From Lama glama (Eukaryota): a DNA stretch of 64,000 nucleotides. The notes under the pieces are model-generated. The model was not told the DNA's origin and did not search any database. It saw only the letters and a list, made by a program, of their open reading frames with translations. The first letter of the stretch is position 1. Every line of letters begins with the position of its first letter. The stretch covers positions 53,570,001 to 53,634,000 of the forward strand of contig CM052816.1 of assembly GCA_028534125.1 (NCBI GenBank), written 5' to 3'. Of the stretch, positions 12,901-26,085 are shown in pieces. Both the position numbers and the translations under genes were made by a program.

Positions 12901-14325
12901 TCAGAAAACCTTTCCTAGACTGTAAAGTTTCAACATTTAGAACCATAATTTACATTTTTGTTTGATTTTTCCTGGATATACTTTCTTTGTGTAACTTTTT
13001 AAAATTCCAATTAGGTGAGAAATTGTCCACAGACTCAAGACTTTATCTTCTATTTCTTAGGCATCTACTCTAAAGACAAAATGGAAAAGGCAGGAACTTT
13101 ACAAAAACAGATGAGTTACATAACCAGTTCTGCCAGTAACTTACCAGCTGGATGACTTGTGGCTCAGATTCTTTATCAGTAAATTGGAAACAAAAAGTAT
13201 CCATTTTGAATGTTGTTATAAGAATTTGATAAGATAATATAGGCAAAGCACATGGCACAAGGCAGACAGCTCGCTAAAGAACACTGCTAGTACTGAAAAG
13301 AATCATCTAGCACTGCTACTGTAAGGTTAAGCATATTTTTTGCTAGTGAAATCTTCCAAAAAAAGTATATAAAAACCTTTTTTTATTCTTTACCAGCAAA
13401 CTTTAAAAAGTTTTGTTCCCATCTCCATTCCCCACCAGAAATCATGTTAGAAGATCTACACATAGTGGAATAAAATATATCAGGCTCTTCTTTTTCTCCC
13501 TTTCAATTCCTACCAAACTGCACTCTCATACACTCTCACAGCTTACTATAAGGTTGAGCCATATGAGACTGCCATTTGTACACATCAAAACTGGTTGACT
13601 TACTGGTCATTTCACAGGGCTCAATCTGAAATTTACATGCTCAATGAACACTCAATGATCCCAGCCTGGGTTGCAGATGCAGGCTATTTAAGGAGGGCTT
13701 TGAAATAAAGTTAAATTTAAGTTCACACTTTTCAGTTCTTTTACTTTGTACAAAGCTCTTCCTCAAACTAAAAAGTTGATACATCTTTAAGAAATTTCCA
13801 AGCAAAAGCCTACATAATCTTCTAGAATTATTTTCAAGACTATGAAAAACATACATCAGGAAGACATGATCAGGTAAATATCCTTATGCTGCTGTGTAAT
13901 TCCAAGCATACAACTGAAGAACATTATTTGTAAGAGGATGACTAACATTTCAAGAGTCAACAATGTTTATAATTAGGGGCCTCGTAAGTGTAATGTTTAA
14001 GTTAAAGACTCAAATACAGGAGACAAAATTATTTGCGAGAGAAATTTTGAGGGAGAATTCTCAACAGAACCTAGCTCAGTCGTCCTCAAAACTGGCTCAC
14101 AATAAAATCATCAAAAGGACTAAAACAAAAACAAACAAACAAAACTGCACCGTGAAAGATTAGGGCCCTAATGGATACTGTAATAAAGTTTCCTGAGTTG
14201 CTTCTAATATGTATTCAGTAGAGAACCCTGTACTATGAGGATTTTTTCATACTCCTTCATTTTATAAATCAATACTAAATTTTGAGAATATGTTCCTAGG
14301 CCAGATAAAATTCCACAGGTTCTAT

Positions 14326-14456
14326 GGGGGGAGGGTACAGCTCAGTGGTAGAGCGCATGCCTAGCACACACAAGAGCATGGGTTTGATCCCCAGTACATC
14401 CATTAAATAAAAAATAACAATATAAACAAATAAACCTAATTACCCCCCAAAACAAC
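14326..14456 (+). mobile_element. tRNA-derived SINE (Vic-1-like)
   Basis: A-box/B-box head 'gggtacagctcagtggtagagcgcatg...gggtttgatcccc'. 18-bp TSD aaaattcca(c/g)aggttcta at 14307-14324 and 14457-14474. Confidence 0.92.
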
Positions 14457-14897
14457 AAAATTCCAGAGGTTCTAGTCTACCAGAGTAGAAGGGTGATCCT
14501 ATTCAAAATCACCTAATTCAAATGACAATCATACAAATATTCACAGTACAGTTCCATACACAGGTCCTTCTTTGTAAGAAAACATCGCCCCATATTACCA
14601 TGAAGACAACATGTATACCAAAAAAAATTTCCCTCTTCTGTTTAAAGAACTGTAGTAATATTAACATATTAGGTAGGTTATTAGCAATTTAATTTGTAGG
14701 ACCATCACAGTAATTTTTAATCACTACTAATCTCTATTTTTAAAAAAAATGAACTTGCTAAATTCTAAATAAAACATTAATAGCTTGCTTTATGTAAGTT
14801 TAACCAGCCAACCAAAAAAGAAACCATAATTGAAACAGAAATCCTACTTAATTTCAATTTTAATATTTAAAAGTAGTCCAATTAAGAATAGTCTTAC

Positions 14898-14975
14898 TGT
14901 TCTAGAATCCGAGAATGGATTGTATTCATCAAGTCCTGGTGGGACATTTCTTGTCACTTGTGTAACTGATGGGTC
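14898..14975 (-). CDS. SCAMP1: SCAMP1 coding exon 2
   Basis: Minus strand: pyrimidine-rich acceptor ...ttttctttcaaattttattccag|, then 78 nt encoding [26 protein letters not shown] (third NPF motif), then donor |GTAAGA. Continues exon 1 in frame. Too short for the ORF track. Confidence 0.96.
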
Positions 14976-15751
14976 CTGGAATAAAATTTGAAAGAAAATA
15001 AAGATTACTTATCCTTTAAAGATGCATTTTTGATATTTACAATGCATTTGCTTTATCTGTACTTTTAGTCACCCACCAAAGCTAACAGAGGAAAATAAAG
15101 AAGATTATCAGATTTATTCAGCCCCATTTCAACAAAGTTGGAATTTAAACCCACAGTCCTTACACCCTCAAAGACAAACAAGTGAAAACTGGGTTAGATA
15201 CAAATCAGCTGTTAGCTATTACTGAAGGAATGAAAATAGACCTCTTAATAGCTGTGTGGAACCATTTGCATAGGGCATCTTAGCAAATCTTGGGTAAAAA
15301 GCCATCCTTTCCTTTGCACTCCACAAAGAGTTCCTGTTTCCCCTGTCCCTTTTTTAAAAATAGTATCTTCAGTTTTCCCTACTGCAGATTTAAGTACATT
15401 ACAAATCAATGTCACATACAGGTAACATCTAGAGTATTCAAGATTAAGTATCTCTTATTTTATTCTACTACAAAATTTCACCTTGACTATAGTCTGTTGT
15501 TCCACATGATCCTGGATTCACTCCCTTTTCCAAGTATATTACCACATTATCCCAGCTTTTCAAATCTTAATATTGGGCTTTCATATAAATAACTAAATCA
15601 CACAAGCCTAGTTATTCTATTTCTCTTGACTATGAATGTAGGACACAAATATAATGAACATCTTCACAAAATCAACTACATAATTAATGTGAAATGCATT
15701 TGCAAACTGTAATGTCTGTAATGTACAGACAGTCTCATCATCCCTCATACC

Positions 15752-15905
15752 CCTAGTCTCAAACTTTGGCATGTTCTAGAATCAAATAAAACAGATTGCT
15801 GCACACTACTCCCAGAGTTACTGATTCAGTAAGTCTGGGGTGAGGCCTTAGAATCTCTATTTCTAGTAAGTTCCCAGATGCTTCTGCTGATCTGGGGACC
15901 ACTGC
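15752..15905. mobile_element. MER5A-like hAT MITE
   Basis: 'aaaacagattgctg...cccagagttactgattcagtaagtctggggtgaggcc...tttctagtaagttcccagatg...ggggaccac'. Confidence 0.75.
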
Positions 15906-17973
15906 TCTCTTGTCTACACTGTACCTTCTTCAGTCCATCTTCTTCAACAGTCATCAAAGTTACCTTTCAACATATTTAATACAGACATACAATCAAAAGG
16001 AATAAAAATAGAGAAGCCAGAAATAGACCCTCGCCAATGCTGTCAAATGATTTACAAAGGTGCCAAGACCACCCCAGTAATATTTTAACAAAATTTTTGT
16101 GACTTATAATTCTTCCAGAACTGATTTTCATGGTGAGCAAAGCCAGCAACCTTTGCTAGTTCACCACCTTAACAGAAACTCAAGTATGATGTGTTGTCTT
16201 TTTCTAGCTGCTCTGTAGCAAGAAAGCAGCAAGTTCAAGTACAGGCCATTTCTGATCCCCCAAATGCTAACATCTGCAGTACAAATTATTTTTCTCCATT
16301 TTGAGACATTCCTGGTTAACAAGAAGCTAGTTTACTTCATTTTATCAGGCATTGTAGTGCCTTCCCACAGCAGTTAAAGAGGATCTCAGAGGAGGGGATG
16401 ACACTCAGCTGTTAAGTGAAATCCCTTCTCCATCAAGTTTCTTGGCCCCTGGCCCCTAAGCCACATTGCTTCCAGCCCAGCCATAAATAGTGGCTGCTAG
16501 ACTAAGGTTTTCCTTCCCAAATTCTCTGCATCAGAGTCATTGCTCAGTAATCTGCAGCAGCTGTCCTCATGTAGGACACAGAGTAACATCCTAGGAAGGG
16601 TTACCAAATAATATACAAGTCTAGACTATCTGTTCTACAGTTCCTTTTCACTGAAATAAAACATGACTACTGGCAAACACCAATTAGTTGTGTGAACTGC
16701 AAGGGTCTCAACCTCTCTGTAATCCTTTTCAGTTTCTATGTTGGTCATCAAAAAAACATTATGAGGAGGGTTAAGAGAATTTTTAAAATTCTAAGCGTGA
16801 TTTTTACTTGTCAGATGGAATGAGGGCCTCTCTAGCCAGTAACTATAAAGGTTTTAAAAATCTTTAAAAAAAAAAAAAAGGTATCTTTCAAAAATGTAAA
16901 GCCAATCTTGTCATTCCCCTCCTCCAACCCCTCTGTCCCTCATCCATTTCAGATTTTTAGAGATTCTCAACTATAAAATACAAATTCCTCAAAGTGAGAT
17001 ATAAGGCTTCTGACTGACTAGCCAAGCCTTTGCCTACCTTCCCAGCCTTATCGACTCTCATGATCACCCTCACCTTGCCAGATTCTTCTCTCTCAATGTA
17101 ACGAAACAAGCTACTGAGTAAGGAGCCTCAAACTTGGCAATAAGTGGTAAGAATAAGCTAAAAATATGGCATAGATGAAAAATAAAGACTTCAGGCTTGC
17201 TCAACAATAAAATGGGAAGGAGGGAATGAAATCACTCTACCTCCCAGGGTTATCCTCCCAAATTTATTCAAAAATGTGAGGAGTGGGAAGGTTATCAGAA
17301 GGGGATGTATGCTTTCGGGGGAAAATTAAGAAAACAGAAACGTGAATATTTGAATCAAATTTTTCAAGTTGGCATAGTTGTGGTTAAATTCAGAAGTGAG
17401 TTCAGGGTCAAGAAGTGGGGCTTTAGTAAATCCACATGGTCCAGCTGCAGCCTCAAACCCACCCCACCCACAAAACCCGGTGACCTGTGAATCCTCAGAC
17501 ACCATATTCTTCCATGGCATTGTTTCCTCTGGCAGTAATACTATTCCAGGCAGGGTCAGTCTAGCAATCTTCTCCTCTTCCTGAAAGACTCAATCCAAAA
17601 ACTACCTCATATGCTAACCAATAATCTTTCTGATGCCTTCCTGATACGCAAGTCACTCCGTCCCAATCTCAGTGCTCCCACAGAACTTGGTATTTATCTA
17701 TCTCCATTAGCATTTATTTCACTGAACCATGATGATCTTCATGCAAATATTCTTGCTCAAATTAGATTGACATCTTTGAATACAAGAAATAGGTAAAAAA
17801 GTTTTTTAATTTAATCATACGTGCGAGGTAACATTTTTTCTTGAGTGACTATTACCTCCTCTAGGGAGAAAAATTCAGAATAATTATTTAAGATAGTAAG
17901 AGCAGTAATAATCAAGAAATACTTCCTGAAAAAAATTAGCATAAATATGAAGTTAATTCAAAAAGTATAAGTG

Positions 17974-19332
17974 AAGGAGGTAAGAATATACAATGGAGAA
18001 AAGACCATTTCTTCAATACGTGATGCTGGGAAAAACTGGACAGCTACATGTAAAAGAATGAAATTAGAACATTCCTAACACCATATACAAAAATAAACTC
18101 AAAATGGATTAAAGACCTAAATCTAAGACTGGACACTATTAAACTCCTAGAGGAAAACATAGACAGAACACTCTTTGATATAAATTGCAGCAATAATTTT
18201 TGGATCTATCTCCTAGAGTAAATGGAAATAAAAACAAAAATAAACAAATGGGGCCTAATTAAACTTAAAAGCTTTTGTACAGCAAAGAAAACCATAAACA
18301 AAATGAAAAGACAATCTACAGACTGGGAGAAAATATTTGCAAATGATGCAACCAACAAGGGATTAATTTCCAAAATATACAAGCAGCTCACACAGCTCAG
18401 TATCAAAAAAAAAAAAAAACCCAAACAAAAAATGGGCAGAAGATCTAAATAGATATTTCTCCAAAGAAGACATACAGATAGCCAACAGGCATATGAAAAG
18501 ATGCTCAATATCACTAATTATTTGAGAAATGTAAATCAAAACTGCAGTGAGGTATCACCTCACACTTGTCAGAATGGCCATCTTCAAAAAGCCTAAATAA
18601 TAAATGCTGGAGAGGGTGTGGAGAAAAGGGAACCCTCCTACACTGTGGTGGGAATGTAAATTGGTGCAGCCACTATGGATAACATTATGGAGGTTCCTGA
18701 AACTAAAAATAGAGTTACTATATGATCCAGCAATTCCATTCTTGGGCATACATTCGGAGGAAACTATAATTCGAAAAGATACATGCATCCCAATGTACAC
18801 AGCAGCACTATTTACAATAGCCAAGACATGGAAGCAACCTAAATGTCCACCAACAGATGAACGGATAAAGAAAAACGTGGTACATATATAAAATGGAATG
18901 TTAGCCATAAAAAAGAATGAAATAATGCTATTTGCAGCAACATTGATGGATTTAAAGATCATACTAAGCGAAGTAAGTGAGATAGAGAAAGACAAATATC
19001 ATATGATATCACTTATATGTGAAAACTAAAAAAAATGAAACGAACTTATTTACAAAACAGAACAAGACTCAGTCACAGAAAATAAACTTTAGTTACTGAG
19101 AGGAAAGGGGGTGGGGAGGGATAAATTGGGAGTTTGGGATTGGTAGATACAAACTACTATTTACAGAATAAACAACAAGGTCCTACTCTGTAACATAAGG
19201 AACTATATTCAATGGCTTGTAGTAACCTGTAATGAAAAAGAATATATATATATAACTTAATCACTATGGTGTACACCAGAAACTGATGTAACATTGTAAA
19301 ACAATTATACTTTAATTTTTTAAATGTTTAAA
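17974..19332 (+). mobile_element. 5'-truncated L1 (ORF2 C-terminus plus 3' UTR)
   Basis: ORFs 18222-18452 ([17 protein letters not shown]) and 18604-18891 (WWECKLVQPLW...YDPAIP) are L1 ORF2 C-terminal remnants. TSD aaaaagt(a/g)taagt at 17960-17972 and 19333-19345. Confidence 0.93.
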
Positions 19333-19392
19333 AAAAAGTGTAAGTAAAAGGAAATTTAATCTCACTCGTAAGAGAAATACTAATTAAAACTA

Positions 19393-19585
19393 CAGTTGAC
19401 CTTCCAACAATGTAAGGGTCAGGGGCACCAAACCTTGGCCCAGTCAAAAATCTGTGTAACTGAGAGCTGGTCCTCCCTATACTCCATATCCATGGTTCTG
19501 CATCCACAGATCATGTAGTAGTGTAATATTTACTATTGAAAAAATCCACATATAAGCGGACCATGCCTTGTTCAAGAGTCAACTG
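19393..19585. mobile_element. Tigger2/MER8-like MITE (TcMar)
   Basis: Terminal inverted repeats cagttgac...gtcaactg flanked by TA on both sides. Confidence 0.85.
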
Positions 19586-19594
19586 TATGCTAAT

Positions 19595-21156
19595 GGCATC
19601 AGGAAGAGGAGTCCCCAGAGCATTTGGTTTTGAAGGTCAATGTGGCTTAATTGCAGGAGCTCCACAGGACTGGAGGAAACAGACTTCACTCTCTTAAGGA
19701 GTGCACACAGAATCTCACATTCACTAGGAACAAGGGCAGAGGCAGAGATTTATTTCATAGGAACCTGGGCCAGACCTGCCTGTTGTTTTGGAAGGTCTCC
19801 TGGGGACATAGGGGGCAGCTGTGGCTCACCCTGGGGACATAAAAGTTAGTGGTGGACACAAGGGGAATATTTATCTACACGAGCTTTCCTGGAGGCTGAC
19901 ATCTTGCTTGGGTCATTAGCACCAAGATCTAGCCTCACCCAGCAGCCTGTAGGCTTAAGTGCTGAGACACCTCAGGCCAAACAACATGGAGGGTGGGAGC
20001 AAAGCCTCACACATCAACAGACTTGCTGAGCCCATAGACGCCTGTAGACACACCCATGGACAGGGCCCTCCCCACCAGAGGGCCAGGACCCAGCTCCACC
20101 CAGCAAGGGCAGGCATCCACCCCTCCTGCCAGGAAACCTGCACAAGCCTCTAGTCCAGCCTCACCAACCAGGGGGAGACATCAGAAGAAAGAAAGTAACA
20201 ACCCCACAGCCTGTGGAAGGAATCCACAAATGCAGGCCAAACTCTACACTGGGATCAGCTGGACTCTGGCTCTCAGGTGATGAGAGGGGAATGCACTGCT
20301 GGGACACCTTAGGACATCTCATACAGAGGGCCACTTCTCCAAGGTCAAGAAATGTAACAAACTTACATAAAAATACAAATAGAAATTCAGACAAAATGAG
20401 GTGGCAGAGGAATATGCTCCAGGCAAAGGCACAAGATAAAATCCCAGAAGAAATAAGAGATGAGGAGATAGGCAATCTACCTGAGAAGGAGTTCAGAGTA
20501 ATGATTGTGAAGATGATCAGAGAACTTGGGAGGAGAATAGATGCATAGAGTGAAGTTTTTAGCTAAGAGAAAATATAAAGAATACCCAGAGGTGAAGAAT
20601 ACAATTACTGAAGTGAGTAACACACTAGAAGGAACCAAGAGTAGACTGAGGCAGAAGGACGGATCAGTGAGCTAGAAGGTAGAGTATTGGAAATCACTAC
20701 TGCAGAACAGAAAAAAGAATGTAAAGAAATGAAGACAGTTTAAGAGACCTCTGGGACAACATACAGTACACTAATATTTCCATTATAGGGGTCCCAGAAA
20801 CAGAAAGGACCTGAAAAAATATCTGAAGAGATAAAAGCCAAAAACTTCCCTAACTTGGGAAAGGAAATAGTAATCCAAATCCAGGAAGCCCAGAGTGCCT
20901 CATATAGGATTAATCCAAAGAGGAACACACTGAGGAATATAGTAATCAAGTTGACAAAAATTAAGACAAGGAGAAAGTATTAAAAGCAGCAAGAGAAAAG
21001 CAACAAATAACATACAAGGGAACTCCCAAGGTTATCAGTTGATTTTCAAAGATAAACAAAAGCTAAAAGAATTCAGCATCACCAAACCAGCTTTACAACA
21101 AATACTAACGGAACTTCCCTAAGTAGAAAAGGCCACAACTAGAAACAAGAAAATTA
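19595..21156 (+). mobile_element. Second L1 5'UTR-ORF1 fragment, related to 7165-9678
   Basis: Aligns by eye to about 7477-9619. ORF1 start MRWQRNMLQ at about 20396. Internal deletion near 21046. Ends shortly after the ORF1 stop. Confidence 0.9.
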
Positions 21157-21260
21157 AACTATGACCCGTAATCTCATTTCTAGGAATTTATCCCAAAGAT
21201 ATACTGCAAAATACTATCTGTAATAGTAAAAGACTGGAAGCAAACTAAATAAACTATGAT

Positions 21261-21305
21261 TGTAAAATGACTATAACTCAATAAAAAAGTGTAAAAAATA
21301 AAATA
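21261..21305 (+). mobile_element. Ultra-short (45 bp) L1 3'-end insertion
   Basis: 'tgtaaaatgactataactcaataaaaaa...' between perfect 14-bp TSDs aaataaactatgat (21247-21260 and 21306-21319). Confidence 0.8.
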
Positions 21306-22602
21306 AAATAAACTATGATACATCTCTATGACAGAGTACTATGCAGTTGTAGAACAGTAGATCTACTCATGCCATGGAATAAGTGAAAAAGGTGCAGAAC
21401 AATGTAAATATAATGTTGCCTTTTATCAGCAAAGGAAGATAAAATGTTTTACTTTCATTTTTAAAAAAGAATAAACCAAAAACGAACAAAAATGATTACC
21501 TGTACGGAGAGGAAGAGAACAGTGAGCAAACCGCATAAGCTTAGAAGCTAGGCTTCCCTTGAATGTACCTTGTTGTATAGTTTTTCCTTTGAAACCATGA
21601 AAATGTTTTTCACAATCACATAAGAAAATTAATTCAAAAAGAAAAAAAGAGGAAAGGTCAGAAAGATGGATCCTGCCTAGCCAACATTCACACCATCAAA
21701 GTGATGCTCTCAATGCTGCTACAATGAGTCCCAACTCTCTTTCTGCAAATATGTATATCCAATTATCAAGGGTCCTAAAGTTCAAATTTACATTAAGTTC
21801 TATTTTTTAAATCGTACATAAGGTATAACTTAGTCCTAAAAAGGCCCAGAATGAAATCATTCTTCCAATTTTCTACTTTTGACTACAATAACTAAAATGG
21901 CCTTGTTTCCTTTTAGATCTCGAAGTTTAATCCAGGCTGAAAGTTAACTGGCAGTTTGCCAAAATCACTGTCTCAAGTCAATTCAGTTCATGCTTAGTCT
22001 GTCTGGAATTTCTCCAAACATAGTATTAGTGATCAAGCAGCAGAGTATGTACAGGATATGCTAAGAATGATTTAGGAAGATAAAGAACTGCTATCTCTGA
22101 ATTATCACATAATTAACATTTCAAAATTGGTTTTAATAAATGTAAACAGTGTTGAGGAAGCTGTAGTCTCTAAACTGGGAGAAAAACAACAAAGCTGATG
22201 ATTTAAGTAATAATGAATGATATTTCCATGTCTATTAAGTATTGAGTACTTAATTTATATTATTTCCAATCCTTGTTATGATCATCCCTGGTGGACGTTG
22301 TTGTTCCATTTCTCAGAAAAAGAAGCTATGGCCTTAAAAAAAAAAAACACAAAAAACAAGAAACTTCCTCAAGGTCAAATAGCATATGTCTGAGACAAAA
22401 TATGAAGCCAGGACTTTTCAAAGTCTATATATATTCTTTCCATCAGATATACTAAAAATAGTTTAACCCAACTATAACTTTATGGAGGGAAGACACTGAG
22501 CTGATTGTTAATTGATTTCAAAACTTTAGCAGGAAGATACCACACTTCCTCTTCAACACAATCAAAATGAAACTGTTTCAACTGACAAGTTGGTTGCTTC
22601 TG

Positions 22603-22730
22603 ACAGTGGTTCTCATACTAAGCAAGCATTGGAATCACCTGAAGGGCTTGTTAAAACCCAGACTGCTGAGCCCCCTCAATGTACCTTGATGTCTAGGATG
22701 GTGCCTGAGAATTTGCATTTCTACCAAGGA
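22603..22730. mobile_element. MER5A-like fragment
   Basis: 'cagtggttctca...gaatcacctgaagggcttgttaaaacccagactgctg...cctgagaatttgcatttcta'. Confidence 0.75.
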
Positions 22731-25700
22731 AAACATTCTGAGCTAGTCTTATTTTATTGACTTAGACAAGGCTTCTATATTGTATTAACTCTCAAGAAGC
22801 AAGACATTCTTTAGAGTTTAAATATCCTATTTGGACCTGACGATATGTAAGTTATGTCATTTAGTTAAGCCAGGGCGATTCTCCTAACCCTTTAGCAAGC
22901 AACTTAACTTCAAGGTCATGTTTCATTAAAAAACCAAGATGTATTACAAAAATAAATGTTTTCTTAAAGAAGAGAATAAGTAAATATTTTATGTCTAGCA
23001 TAATTAGCTTCTTCATATGTTTAATCCAAGTTTCTCTGCCAAACCCTCCAGGGTAGTACATCTTCACTGTATTTCAATTGATTCCCTCCATCATGCTTTA
23101 TGTTGGACATTTCTCAATCACGGCCACATGCAATCTCACAAGATTCCAACCTGGAAAGAAAGTACTTTTACCTTCAGCTAGACATGAGGATATTAATTCA
23201 ATAATAATTTCTTCAATAAACATTTCTTGTGGATAATTAACCTCAGTCTCTTCTGCGTGTGTGTGTGTGTAAACACACAAGCTAAACAGTTTAAAAACAT
23301 AAAAGCTTACAGGGATTATTGTGTACAACCATATATTATGTATCCACGTAATTCATCTGTTAACATTTAATAGGTTTGGGTTTCAAGATTAACACTCAAA
23401 AAACATTGTGCATTTTAGGTATTTGTTCTGAAGTAGAAATAGTACTGGTCTAGGAGTTAGAGACTCTGGGTTCCTAGAAATGACTAGGCTCTGCAATCTT
23501 AGGCAAGTCACCAATTCTCAATTGTCTCATATCTAACATAGGGTAAATGTGATAGGTGATCACCCTGGTCAGCTGCAGCTCTGAAATGTTATGCTATAGA
23601 ACATAAGTCTTTATTATTTGGAAAGCTAACTGCCTGTATTCAAACCCCAGTTCCACTGATGAAAAGCTGTTAACAATGAACAAGGCACTTCATATTTCAA
23701 TGTGATTCAGTTTCTTTATCAGTAAAATGATGCACTTCATACAGCTCATGAGCTACTATACGTAAAATAATTAATACACATTCTGCACATGGAAAATACT
23801 CGAGTGATAGCTGAGGCTGTTATCATTACTACCAGTAATAAAAGAGAATCAAACAAAAAAGCCGTCCATTTTTGATTAACTGAGGTATCAAGATAGCACA
23901 TCTTATGTAATGAATAGGCCGAAAAACACCCACTGCTACCTTCTGAAGAAAGCAATCAGACGTTCTCCTCCCAGTCTGTGTCACATGACCCAATTAGCCT
24001 AGATGCCTGTGAAAGGATGAAGAACTGGCCTCTGTGCCAATGGCAGCCATTTTTAGAATTGGGTATGAGGAAGCCTGGCCGACCCCAGAAGTGACTGTAT
24101 TTTGGATAATAACTACCCAATCCAATTAGAGCCTATTCCTGGAGGCACTTTAATATGAGACATAATGATTATACTGCAATTAGTAGCAGCAGTAGAAGCT
24201 GACACTAAGTCACAGTAGAAAGACAGATAAATAGAAGCTAAGTCAAAAGGAGGTGACCAGAAAAGGGAGCAGTAGGTTCAGTGTCTGAAGGGAATGGCAT
24301 TTACTAGAGTTGCCAATGAGTCACCAAAATGAAAACAGGGCCAACAGTTACTGCTCTTCCAGTTGAAGAGGCATGACTGGTGTTACAGAAGTTTTCACAT
24401 GGTCCCACAGATCCTCCGGAGGGCCTTGGGGTCAAGGGAAAAGAAGGAGGAAGTGTAATGGGGCAGAAGAGGGAAAAGAAGGTGGCCAGAGTTCAGCCTC
24501 CCAACCTTCACTTGAATCAGTGCAGTTCAATTTTTATATTTTATAAATACTGATTTCACATGAAAGTGGTTTCCACTGCTTGGCAGGAGGGAGGTAAAAG
24601 GCAGGGAGTGTGGACTGAGGAAACACCTTGTTAGCTCTCAGAAACTGTTTCATCACAATTGCAGAGACAGACTATGTTGGCCTTCCTTCCCTTCCCAAGA
24701 ATCCAGCCAATCAACCTCCATCACCTGAGGCAACCTGAGCACACCTCCCTGTCTTAAAACCACAACAGGTGGAACTAATATTCTTTGCCATTTTGTACCC
24801 CAATAAAACTCTACGTAAAAACAGTTTACTGTCATTAACTATATTTAAATAAAATCTGCTGGGTGAGAAAGATTTTAGTAAGTATGAAGATTTACTGATC
24901 CAGAGTATACATACTGATCCCAAACATACTTACTGATTAAAAACTGCTGTTAAATCACTGCTTGATATAACTCTAGTTTTACTTTCTCTCCTTTCTAATT
25001 TAAAAAGCGGGAGGAGACTACAAATAAAACTCCTCTTTAATGTATCCTTTATTTTTCTCAGTGATAGATATTCCCCACTGTTCAAAAGTTTAAGCCAATC
25101 TGACAAAAACTGTTTTAAAGAAAAAACTCTATATATGTTTCATCTCTTCCCATTTTTTCCCAGGATTATCCTAACTTATCCTTTTCTCTCCTATGTTCAT
25201 CTGCTTCCTCTCACATCTACATTTCAAGTCTCAATTATCTTTAAAATGCACACAAGCAAAGAAATAAAAACATTCCCTCCAACACATATAACCCTCAAAC
25301 TATCAGACCCCTTCTTTCTATCCACTTTTCCATCTCCCACCCCACACTCCCTTCCATCCAGTGGCCTGTATTTCTCACTTGTAAACTGCAATACCCTTCG
25401 TACTGTTCCCCCTCCCATCTTCTGACCCCTTCCCCAGTCTTCACAATGAACCACACAAGCTTCTCAAAATACAGACTTGCTCATGTCACAGCTACAGATT
25501 TGATTACTGTGGTGAGAACAAATGTAATTAAAGTTTGGTCTATGCTCTCAATAATCAAAGAGCATATTTTAGGCCTATAAAAATTTATAAAAATTTGGGA
25601 ATAAACTATGAGTAACTGGTGAAATCATTTATGGGACAGGAATTGCAAAGATAGGTAAACTCTCAGCATCCACGTAAGTGACTGCTAAGGAATAAAGACA

Positions 25701-25786
25701 AACTTTAAATCAGTGATAACAACTGACATTCCTTTCTTACACACTGCTAAAGCTTACTACTGTTGTGATATATTTTATTCATCTAG

Positions 25787-26085
25787 ACCTGTGTTATACA
25801 ATGTAGTGGCCACTAGCCACACAGCTCTTGAAATAACCAGTCCAAATTGAAATGTGCTGAAAGTCTAAAACACATTATGTTTCTGATTTCAAAAATTCAG
25901 CACAAAACAATGTAAAATGTCATCAATAATTTTTATGTTGATTATGTGTTGAAAGACATTTTGCATATATGGGATTAAATAAATTGTATTATTAAAATTA
26001 ATTTCACCTGATTTTTTTCCATATGGCTACTACAAAATTTTACATTACATATGTGACACAAATTACATTTCCATTGGACAGTGTC
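25787..26085. mobile_element. MER33/MER3-like hAT-Charlie element
   Basis: 'gtagtggccactagccacac...aattgaaatgtgctg...attaaaattaatttcacctg...ggctactacaaaatttt...ttggacagtg'. Confidence 0.75.

Larger units (their letters stand above)
1..14897 (-). other. SCAMP1: SCAMP1 intron 2 (partial, continues beyond the left edge)
   Basis: Starts at the GTAAG donor at 14897. I did not recognise the next SCAMP1 exon (expected to begin PPPGG...) in 1-14897. Confidence 0.8.

Noticed and set aside
19382..21164. Possible TSD (aattaaaacta..tg / aattaaactatg) around L1 copy 2 with a MITE inside it
   Set aside because: The match is short, AT-rich and needs an indel. Both sides also resemble ordinary old L1 sequence, so it is not supportable.
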